DNA of 64,000 nucleotides, from the IMG/VR virus record IMGVR_UViG_3300031800_000001, positions 32,001 to 96,000 of that record, one strand, 5' to 3'. The notes under the pieces were generated by a model, which saw only the letters and a program-made list of their open reading frames with translations, made no database searches and had not been told where the DNA came from. Within the stretch, counting starts at the first letter, position 1, and each line of letters opens with the position of its first letter. This stretch comes from a virus. This document shows, piece after piece, positions 46,801 through 58,800 of the stretch. Position numbers and translations under genes: made by a program.

Positions 46801-49800
46801 TCTTGCCGCGGAGGCATACAGAGAAATAATCGGTGATAAGGAAGGAACAGGGGGGCTCGGAAGAGTGACGGCTAGAAAACTAGAAGATGCACTTTCCAAA
46901 GCAGAAAATGAAATAAAAGAAAATAGTTTAAAGCTTGCCCAATCAAACAGGCTTCTGATAATTCAAAATCAGCTTGCAGTATCAAACAGGTCGTTTCAAA
47001 GAAGAAGAACCCTGCAGGAATCCATGACAGCAGGGGGAGCTTTTGGCGGGGGAGGCATTATCGACGCTTTGAAGAACTTAACGACTGTGGCGGGGATTCC
47101 AACTAGACGCGAAACTTCAAGAGTGGCGATGATGCAGATGCAGGGGCTAAGAGATCTAGAAAAAATGGGATTTGATTTTGCAAATGGAATAGGTAAAGCC
47201 ATAAAAGAAAACCTTCTAGAAAGAACCTTCAGGGCAGAAGCTCCTGATGCTTTAGAGGCTCTTGGAATGAGTCCGGACAACGTAAGTAAAATCATTAATA
47301 GCAACTTTAATCCAGACGTATCAAAAAATATAATAGAAAGCATGAATTCTGCTCAAGGCGGAATGATGGCGCAGGTTATAGACTCAGCTAATTTATCAAA
47401 AATTGCACAAGAGGAAAGACAATACAAAGCTAAACTTCTAGAGGCCGAGTTCAAAAACAGAAACATGTTAGTGGAGAGCTTGGGTGCAAATGTTGACGTA
47501 ACTGCTTTGCTTATTGGCAGTAATTACGATCTTATAGTTTCAAATGAGAAACTTGGCGAAGATTCAATGGACGCGCAGGAATTCGGCGCAAGGGAGCGGA
47601 GAACTAACGATCAAATTTATAAAGCTGCGATAGACACTGCGATGAAAGGGGCTGTGTCAAAAATGGGCGAAATCATGGTTAAGGCGAACCAAGGGTTCAT
47701 GCAGGCGGTAGAGGTATTTAGGGGGGAACAAGACCTACAGCATACCAGAATAAACCAAGAAAAAGCCTTTGCCTCTTTAGCAGGTAAAACAGCAGGTGCC
47801 GAGGATATGCTGAGCAGCTTGAGCAGGGGGGAAAAATTCGAAATGACTCCCCCCAAGGCAGAAGAGATCTTCGACAAATCAGGTTTTACGAGGGCGTTGA
47901 GCTGGGTCCTGAGGCACGAAGCTGCGTTTTTGGGAATGTTTAGCCCGACTGAGACCATGACGTGGGAAAACCTTACCGAGAGCTTGGACACCTCGGGGGT
48001 TATTGGGGTACGTGGACATGATGTCAAGGCAAGTGCCTTCGACGAAAATATGATGGCCTTCATGAAGAGGATGCAAAGGGGCGGAGGCGAAGAGGATAAG
48101 CTGAGAATGAAGGCTGGCTTTGAGGCGTATCGATCCACTTTGACTGATGCAAATGTCCCTCAGTTTGAGCAAATGTCGATATCCATGGTAAGAGCACAGG
48201 AGGGCCTGCTGATGGCCTTTGCTAAAATAAGCGAAATAGCAGATAAGCAGGGACTGATCGAAAGAATAGAAGACCCCGGAGGAGGAGCAAACATTATACG
48301 CGGTGCTCTGCCCTTGGACTTAGCAGATTGGCCAAAAATCGCGGAGTTTATGGGTGCAACCGCCGATCCCGCCGAGGCGATGAGGCAAATGAAAAAAGCA
48401 TTAAGCGAAATGGTTTTCGAGGGTGATGCGGGAAAATGGCAGCCAAACATGATAGCGGAATTATCCAACTTGTCGGAAGTCGTAAGGTTAATGGGAAGAG
48501 AAAAGGGATTCGAAGCGTATGAACTAAAAGCAGACCCTGCGAAACTTCTTACAGCATTATTGGCTATACAAACAGCCGTGATCGGAGTTCACCCGAGTCA
48601 ACAGGGTCAGATATATACCAGACGAGAAGGAAGCGTAATCGGACACGGTACGGCGCAAGGACAAACATTCGAACAGGCTGTTCAACGTGGTGAGCGGACA
48701 TCTAGGGAGTTTTGGAACGAAATACCAGTCTTTAGTCAGCAACAACCGTTGCCAGAAGGCGAATATGAGAAGATGATGGGGGCGGTTAGCTCCATGATGG
48801 AGGATTACCGCTCAGCAGGGAGGCTGTTATTTTCCAATTTTCAAAAGACCTTTAAGGAAGGGGGAACGGTAAATACCGACATTGCTAAGCAACTTAAGCG
48901 CTCTATAGATACTCTTGAAGGGAACGAGGGCAGGATCAGAACAATCTTAGCAGCCTTGGCTAAAAGAACCGGCGGAGAGGAGGGGTTCTTTGAGACACAC
49001 GATGATCTATTACCTCTCTTGGACGGCTTTGACACAATAACAGATGAGTTTCTTGCCATGCTTAGGGCAATTATTGATCCAGACAAAGGGATTGTAGTAG
49101 ATAAAAAATTAGCGGAGCAGATAGCCGATCTTTTGAAGGACACACTCCCCCCCCTCAAACCATTCCGGGCAGGACAGATATATACTGGAAAGCCGATTCC
49201 GGACAGGCCGGAAGGCGGGGGTACCGGTGATCTTGGGAAAGCATGGGCAACTGCGTTTAGCACGAAGGTAAAAGATGATTTAAAAAATTGGAAGATGTCC
49301 ATGGATCCCGCGGGGGAACTTGGATCCGCCATGAGCCAATTCGAGGGAACGGGGCCCGAGTGGACCGATGCACTCGGCGTTCTCAGGAGCGTTGTTACCG
49401 CCCTTGACGAGCTAGACCTTACGATATCAGCAGACCCACTTGAAACTCCTTTATTGGCTATACAGCAATCGATGGACGCCTTGAAGAAGATTAATACAAA
49501 CGGCAACGAAGACATAAGAAACGCTTTCAACAATAAAGAAGACGTAGTTATAGAGACTCTTAGAAACATACTCGAAGCTATACTATCCGACGAATCTACT
49601 TCATCAAGTCAACGAGAAGAAATAAGAAAAGCACTCAATCTGTTGCCGGATGCATACAAAAGGACAATGGAGGATATAGCAGGAAGGTCTGGCACAAGAA
49701 TGATAAGAGACGAACTTCTCAAGCTCAGGCAAAGAGGCAACAACGGGACCCCACTGTCTCCCCCGCTTATACCGGGTAGTATGCTTGCTGGCCAAGTACG

Positions 49801-52800
49801 ACGAGGGACGCAACAAACTTCTCGTCCACTCACCACAATGGCTAGACAAACATTTGGTAAATACGGAAGAGCATTCTTAGGAGGAAATAAAGACTATAAG
49901 GGGCCAAGAAGCGGATTGCCAAGCGCAAACAGCCTTTTAGGCATCAAAACTAGTTTTAAGAATATTCCTGATCCTAGCAAGATAGATGACATGATGAGGG
50001 ACATACAGAAAGCGTCTCCAGATATAAAGGACCCCGCAAAAAGGGCAAGTCTGAGCTATCTATCGATGCTGAAAACAGGGCAAAAAACAATATTTAATGT
50101 AGCACAACAAGTTGCGGAACGGTTAAGGGGCGACAACACGCTAATGATTGAAGAAATTCATAAATTGGCACCGGTTTTGGGCGATCTACCTTTCCGCGAA
50201 TTAGAAGAAGGTTTAAAAGCCGCGAACAAAGATATGTCCGCCGTAGTTAGGGATCAAACCGACGCCACGAGTAAAGCAGCTGGTATGGCAAAAACGCTAA
50301 GTAAGCACACTATGGAGATGGCCAACATTTTCATAAATCAGAATCTGCTTGCGAACTTCAGGGGGCCTCAACAGATCGACAAGGCAAGAAAAGTTGGGAA
50401 GCAATGGATGGATACGCTAAAGGAGGGGATTCCGGACATTGGTGGTAAGATGGATCCTTCGCGCCTCGGCCCCGAGGGTTTGAAACCCGGTACTTACAAA
50501 GGGGGTTTGTTTGGCGGTAAACTGAACCAAGATGGCTTGTGGCGACGGGCAGCAGCGAGAAAAGAAGGGGACCCATTCATCCCGGACCGCACCCGTGACT
50601 ATGAACACTCAATGATGGGCCCCGGTAGTATATGGCAACTCTCACCAACAAGGGGCGATGACACGTTTGCTAATAAGCGAGACATGGCGTACAGATTTTT
50701 GGAGAAGCTAAAGCAGGGCAAGGCTCATCAACGGATGATGGCAGCACCCGGCGGAACTACCGGGGGGCCACCGGCACTTGGATTTCAGCCGGGGCGGGAA
50801 CACACGATATTGGGTGGCGAGACAGCTGGCGTGATAGCGCAAAAATTCGGCGTCTCTCTGGAGAATTTAAAAGAGGCAAATTCCCAAATTGCAGACATTA
50901 ATAGAATTAATGCTGGGGACAAAATGAATATCCCGGCCCAATATAGTATTGAACACACGCTGGGGCAGAAACTCACCGCCAATCAACAAAAGAAAATTGC
51001 TGAACAACTCGACAAACAATTTAAAGAAGGCGTAGTCTACCATAACGAAATGCACAAGGCAACTGTAGCCCGGAAAAAAATAGCAGAGAACGCTAAGGAG
51101 ATTGCAGGAATAGAAGAAAAAATAAAAAACAGAACGATTGAGGCTAGCAAAGCACAAGACAAATTAAAGGCTTTATACGCTCAGAGAGTGATGATTGAAT
51201 CGAAGCTAAACGAAAAGGAAAAATCGCTGGCAATCCAGAGTTCGAAAATTGGGGACGATAATATAAGAGCGCGGCATCAAGCGGTGGTATTAAGAGCAGC
51301 TTTAGAACAGAGAGCTATAAAAGAAAGAACAGACCAAACGGCCATGCTCCAAAAAACCGTAGATGTGCATGGTGGCAGAGCGCTGCTCCCCGAGGAGATA
51401 AAAGACCCAAGAGCAAAGGCTGCCGCGGACCAAATAGCGATAAATGAGGCAGCAAACGAGCAGGGCCAGCGGTTCGTTGACTCTTTACAAGCAGAAAGAG
51501 ATGCTTTGCTTCAAGCCAATGCCGCGCTTGAAGGGTTCTCTAAAGCAATTGGAATTTCCTCAAAAGATTTGCAAAACATGTCTCCTTTCGAGCTTAACCT
51601 TGAGCTTATAAGACAAGAGGGTTTGCCAAGACAAAATTTATTGGATGCGATGCGCAGCCCAAGAATGCCACAGCCGGGTGGCAAATTTGCCGCGCAGACA
51701 TTTAGCGCAATTTCACCATCAAGAGTGGGGGAAGCGCAGCAAAAAAATCTCAAGGAAGAGATGGAGAAAATTTTACGCATCGAAAAAGAAGCAGCTGCGG
51801 GACCAAGAAAAATACATCTCGCAGAGAGCAAGGTGGCGGAAGCAAAAATCATCACGGCGGGTTTTATGCGGGAACCGGAATTCAAAGCTTTTGAGAAAAG
51901 CTCGGGGGCTTTGAAAACTGCGGAAAATAAGAGGGTGTCTGAGGAGGAAAAGGTGGTTACCTTGCTCGTCGCCAAAGGTGAACTACTGAAGAAGGAGGGC
52001 GACAATGCAAAAGCTCTCGACGCCTTGGGAGAGGAGATTGAGAATGCAAACACAGCGGTAGTGATAGCAAGGGGAGTTGAAAAAACCGCCATCGATAAGC
52101 ATAACGCAACATATGCCGAGTACATAAATGTTATAAAGGCAGGAGAAGATGCTGAAAATGAATTAAACAAAGCAAAACAATCACACATTGACGCGCTGGG
52201 CGCTCAAGGAGTAATTATTAGAAACTGGGGGTCGGTAGCTGAAGCAGCTATAGAAATACAAAAGAGATTTGTAACTGCAGAACACGTGAAGAGGATGGAG
52301 CAACTCGATACGCAAATAGCTAGCACGACAATGAGTTTAGCCCTAATGGACGACCCAAAAAAATTCAGAGAATTATTAGAATCAACGAAAAAGCTAACAG
52401 AGGCCCAATTAAGGCTAGCGGCAAAACAAGCCAGACTAGAAGAAGCAGCAGGCATAGGAACTGCTCAGGACACATACCAAAGAGAACAGGATGTAACCCG
52501 TCAGCAACTAAGAACGGGAAAAATAGGCGTCTGGGAAGCGTTTGGAGCGGATACATTTGAAAAAGGCGAAGCGATGTCAAGAGGATGGAAAGAAAGGGTC
52601 CTCGACGACATGATCGAAATAAGAGAGGGAATGATTTCGTCTTTCTCAGACGGTTGGGCCGCTTTCGCGCTAGAGGGCAAAAGCGCATCCGAGGTAGCGA
52701 AACAGTGGGGAAGAGATTTTTTACGGATGATAAATCAAGCGTTCTATAACGCTACGATAGGTAGATTTATGGGGAACTTGATGAGTGGCGGCTTTGGAAG

Positions 52801-55800
52801 CTATGGGAGACCGAGCTTGCCGAGACAACAGTCAGGCGGAGAACTCCATGGTCCTTCTCATTCGAAGGGGGGTATCAAGCTCGAGGCAGAAGGTGGCGAA
52901 TTCATAGTTAGAAAAAGCGAAGTCAGAAAACCCGGAGTGCTGGGTCATTTACGCGAGATAAATGAAGGACGAGTTTTTCAGCAGGGCGGCCCAGTGGGGA
53001 TAAATAGGAATATTTGGCGGCACCCAACTACTTGGCCAGATCAGCAACCAGTTATGCCGGGATGGGGCGGAGGCCGGCAATTAGGTGGAAAATTCCAAGG
53101 TCAACAGAACTGGGCTGGGCAAAAAGTTCTGCCCAATGCCGCGGGTAATCCCGGGGGCCAACATGGAATTTTTGCTAATGACTTTGCCCCCCCGGCATTT
53201 CATCATAGACAATCTGAATTAGAGATGATAGACCTATTTAATCAAAGAGCGGGGGCAGCGGGTAACCCATTCAATCTTCAGAAAGGGAAAGGTGCCGCAT
53301 TTGCGAAAAATCGAATGGACAACATGATGCAAGCCATTGCTGGAGGTGGTTACCTTGACAATGAGCACACGCTGTTGGGTTTTGGGCATCGAATTGGCCC
53401 TAACGGCCCCATGCTCCCCTTGCCCGCCAGACTTAACGAGAAAGAACACGCAGCCAGAGAACAGCTACAATTTTTTCAGGATGAAAACCCTCTTGCCTTT
53501 AATCATCTAAATCAGTGGTGGAGAAAAAATAAATCCGGATGGACTAACCCACAGGTTTATCAAGAAGGTGGCCACGTGATGCCGCTGGGCGCACCGGGCT
53601 TCTCTATAGCAGAAAAAAGGGAGGCATTTAAGAATCAAACACTTCGCGATCTTAAGAGACTCAAGATGGATCACCCACGCGGCTGGGACATAGAAGGTTG
53701 GCCCCCAATGTGGACGCCGTGGAAACAGTTTGACAACGAGCAAGAATACAAAAAAGCTATCGTCGCACAACGAAGGGCTGACTGGCAGGCCGACATGAAT
53801 CGTGAGGACGAGATACAAGGGATGAGGAAAGCGGGATTTGGTCCAAAAGGCATGCTGTTGCGCCGCGACCCATGGCCCGGGCCCGCGCCGGTGGGACCGC
53901 CTTTCGTGCCCGGTCCGGCCATGTTTGCACCCGACCCCCGCAACAATCAGGGCGGTGCGGGTATGCTAGATCGGATGGAGGCGATGCGACGCCAGATTGA
54001 GGCGGCGCGGGGTAACAGGCCGGAGTTGGTAAGGCCAGACAAATATGAAGATGGCGGCAGGGTTACGCTTTCAAAGCCCACCGTTGCAAACGTACCGAAA
54101 TTAGACAAGAATTATATATTAAAGCTGGCTAATAACCCTCACGTATTGAACTGGATGAAAGATCCAAATACTATAGAAAGATTTAACCTTAAAGGGAATG
54201 AAACATTTGAGGGGGCTTACATGAAGATGATTCGTCACGCCGAAAAGATTAAATTAAAACCGGGAAGAATGAACCAGACGTTGTCGGGGGCGGGTATCCC
54301 GCTATGGAGAGACGGTATGACTCCCGACGTAGCGAATAAGATGATGGGTGCCGGGTGGATTAGACCAGAAGCTTTTGGAGTATTAAACGAATGGTTTAAC
54401 ATAAGGGATGGAGGCAGGGGGGGAATGTGGGCGAGGGATGAAAAAAATACGGGTAGGTGGGGGGGCGGCGTGAACGCGTTCTACACCGGCGAGAGCGAAA
54501 TAAAAGACCAACAAAGAGGTCTTAATAAAAATTTAACCAGCATGGGTCTCATGTCGCCAAATCCTAAACCCGGTCAGATTAAGCCCCTTAAGGTAGACGG
54601 CTGGGATGGAGACGCTACTACTGCGGCATTAACATTATTCCGAAACAAAAAAGGTATACCGATCCCGTCACGTGCAGCAACCAATGACGAGATACTCGCC
54701 CACCCCACGTTTGCCCCACACAGAATTCCATTGCCGGGGAAGCTCCGCGACAAGAAGACTAGAGATGCATTAGGTATGGTTGGTCATCACCCGGGGATGT
54801 CCAGAGCCGGGTGGAGAGGTGTGGCACCTTGGGATATGATGAAGGAAAAACGTTTTAAATCGACGAACCGCGCTGAAGTGGAGGTACATCCATATACTGG
54901 CATGGTCGACCAAGACGGGCCCGGGGTGAGGGAGGGGTGGGAGTTGGATCCCAAAAGCAAATGGTACCGCGAGGAGGAAGGTTTTCCGTCAAGATACGAA
55001 ATAATTCCCGGAAAAGGACTGGGTCACGTGGTAAAGGTGGGAGAAAGTATTACCGCCATAGGTCAACAGTACAAAAAAGAAATGATGTTGTCTGGTTCAA
55101 AAGACGGATCGGCGACCACCCTTTCTTTGGCGCTGCAGGCGGCTAATCCAAAATTAATGGAAACATTAAAACAGAGAGCTGGGGGGAAACCTGATATTAG
55201 CAAATTCCTTATGCCAAATGACGTTGTTCTTATACCGGGAGGGGGAAATTTGTTCGATCCAAAAGCAAACATGAAAGCTGGTGAGCTTGATGGAAAACCG
55301 TTCCCGGGCTTTAGGCGAGGATGGTGGGATCAATTCAATAAGCAACATTCATCATTCAAGATGGATTACATGGAATACGGGGCTGGCGGTGTTGTTTGGG
55401 ATCCCAGAAGTTCAGCCTCTGTTCCAAATCGATTTACAAGACAATCAAGACTTCAAATTCCCGGAACCCCCGTGTCGGGTATAGAGGGTAACCAATTGCT
55501 ACCGCAACACCGAGCATGGAACAATAGACTCTCGGCATTTTGGGCAACAACTTTCGCAGCTTCTGGCAACAACGTACCGTTAGCTACCCAAAGATTTTAC
55601 GATGGAATTCAGGACCACATGACTGCTGGACGCGTGAGGGCAGCGGGTGGACAGCACGGCGTTTCTCCCGGTGGATATAGATATACAAGGGGGCCAGCAG
55701 TAAGCACCCTAGTGGGAGGTAATATTGATGACGGTGGAGTAGCAGGAATGGGCCCGCCAGCAAGAGGTCATCGTATAGCGATGAGAAATGCCAATAGCTA

Positions 55801-58800
55801 TTTCCAAAGAGAAGAAACCCCAGACTTTGCACCGTGGGGAATACACCCGTCAGCTGTAGATAAAGACGTAGCTAGGGTAATATTTTCAGAAGTCGGAGCA
55901 CAGCACGAGGATCTTGTGCATGTCGTTGGGGACGCAATGAGAAATAGATACGATAATCAAGCATCAAGAACAAGGCACGGCATTTCTACTGAGCACGGAA
56001 TATCGGTTAACGGTGCCAGATATCCAGCAAGGGTTAGAGACAGGGCGTGGCAAGTTCAAGCGCCGAATAGAAACGGGAGGGGACTTACTTGGCGTGCCGC
56101 AACAGCGGCAGAGGGGGTAACGGCAAGCAAGATTGGCATGAAGGATATCGCGTGGCAGGGCGCACCGGGGGGATTCCGTCCCGAAACAACACAACAATTT
56201 ACCGCCATTGGTCATCGAGAGAACGATAATTGGCATTTATCCGGAAGACTGTCGGTATTCCACCAAAGCCCACAGGGGTTTGCCGACATGAATACTTGGC
56301 TCGGCGGGGGTCCAGCGGGACGCGCCGTTACAGCGCAATATAGCAGGCATTACGGAAGCGATGTTCTGGGAAATGCGACTGACGGGTGGATCGGTGCACG
56401 CGAAAGCATTCAAAATGTATGGAAAAAATCCCTAGCACAATCCGCATCAAATAAAAGAATAGGAAATCCAGCAGATGGAGTAACGCTACCCGGCCAGCAG
56501 CAATCAGGCTTATTAGCTAAAGATGATGAATGGTATAAATCTTGGCAGATAGGAATGAGCTCAGAATTTGATCCTCGAATGAAGCCTACGGCCATGACGC
56601 AAAATGTAGGTCCATTTTGGCTGTGGAGAGCTGATTACACAACGGATTGGCAATCCAGAGCTAATGATCAGCAGCGCAGTGATCGCGGCTTGCCCACCCG
56701 TCGAGGAAGAGTGCAAGCTGATCGAAGACAAAGAGGAGGATTGATTACCGCTGGCTCGGGAGTGACAGATGACGTACCGGTGTACCTGAAAAAGGGCGAA
56801 ATGGTGATGACCCAGAAAGCAGTACAAGATAATGGCGTCCAGTATTTCAAGGACATAGAGGCGGGAAGAGTACGCATGGAGGAAGGTGGCGAAGTTGATG
56901 AGGAAATGATTAATGAAGCCAACAAGGCGACTGAAAAAAATCAAGAGAACGAGGGGGAGGAGACTGGAGAGAGGAATCCGCCAAGCCTGAATGAAAAATA
57001 CGGGATGAACCTTGCAGAGGCGTGGGGTGGAGCTCCCGGCGAATTTAAAATGGAAGGCATAGCAACGCAAGATAAAAAGTGGTATAACTCTGGAAATATG
57101 CCGGGTCAAGGTATGCGACGTGTTGCTGAGGTTGTGGAAGAACGATTTGGAAAAGGATTTAAATACGGTGGGACAAACACATTCGCCTACAATGACCCCG
57201 ACAAGCCATCATTAGGAAGATTTTTCGTGGATAATAAGATGAGCATGTACGCCATGGAAGCTAAAGATAACCCACAGAATGAGATGCGTGAGAAACGAAG
57301 GAAGATGTTCGTTGATTATAAGGTTTATCTTAATGACGAATACAAAAATAGAAAACAACAATTTGACGACTTCAAGAAGAAAAAGAAACAGATGCTCAAG
57401 GCGGCGTGGATTCAGTTCGCCGTCGCAATGGTGCAGGTTGGAGTGGCGGCCAAGTCGGAATCAGCAAATGCAGAATATGGTACCGAGGAACAAGTCAAGG
57501 CCAATCCGGGGAAATATAAGTCTATGAAAGGCGCGCCGAAAGGTACGAAGGCGGGATCGTATGTCAATCCGACAGCGCAGGCGTCTTGGGCGAACAAAAT
57601 GAAATGGGCGGATAGTCCGGGGGGGTCGGCGCTGATAGCAGGTACAACAACTGCCGCTATAGGCTATGGCATGGGTATGGAGGGGAAGGACATAGCCCTG
57701 ACTGCTGGAACAGCAATGGCAACGGCTGCTATAACATCCTACGCAAAAATTAAAGGGATGGGCAAACAAGAACAGAACGCCTTAAACAGCAACGATCCCG
57801 CGATTCAGCAGGCTGCATTAGACCGGTGGAAGAAACACCTGAGACCCGAAGAAATAGCAGGCGCAGAACAAAGCATTGAATTTCACGGAACCGAACAGCA
57901 ACTCAAACAGTGGGTTAAGGAAGAGAACAAATGGCAAAAGAGTAGCATGCATTGGGCTAACCTCGCGAATGACGACCAGACGCCAGAAGGACAGAGAGCC
58001 TTGGCGAAAAGGACTGCCCAGTCCCACGCAAATAAATTACGGCATGTCCAAGCGCAGAAGAATGCCTTCATTGGAAACAGCCAAGCTCTTCACCCGGACC
58101 TTCTTGTGCGTGATGCCAAGAACAATGTGTGGGGGATGAACGCTAAAACAAGGGCAAATCTTAAATCAATTAAAATCGGATGGGCAAGAAGTAAAGAAGC
58201 GGCGACGGTAAGAAGAAACCAGTTGGAAGGCATGAACGAAAACGCGGACATGCTTGGGCGGATGATGCAGCCCGGCGGCAACATGGGCGGGTTTCCTATA
58301 CCAAGAAAAGCCCAAGGAGGACTAATAACTGGTGCGGATGGACCTCCCGGCGAGGACACAGTTAGAGCCTTACTTACGAGAGGAGAGTTTGTGGTCAGCA
58401 AGGAGGGAGTTGACAAATTCCCCGGCGGAGCAAACGCACTCCTCAGGTACAACGACATAGCAAAACATGGAGGTCAGGTTGCAAGGTTTGCAGAAGGAGG
58501 GATGGTTACAGGAAGAGAATCTCAATTTAACCCCACCTCTCCCATCACTGCGGCAACTGGTGGTGCTTTGGGTCTGAATGTGGGGCAGGGAGCCGAAGGG
58601 ATGACGGATTCTCTTATGCAATTGGTTGATATAGTTCAATCAATCAGAGACACAGTCGATAAAGAAACAGCAGAAAAACAAAGAGAAAAGACCGCTGGGG
58701 GGCAAAACGACACTCAAAATGGCACTAGTGGTGTAAATCAAGAGATAACAAATAACGTTGCGGTAACGGTCAATGTAAACAATGACGGTACAACAGACGC

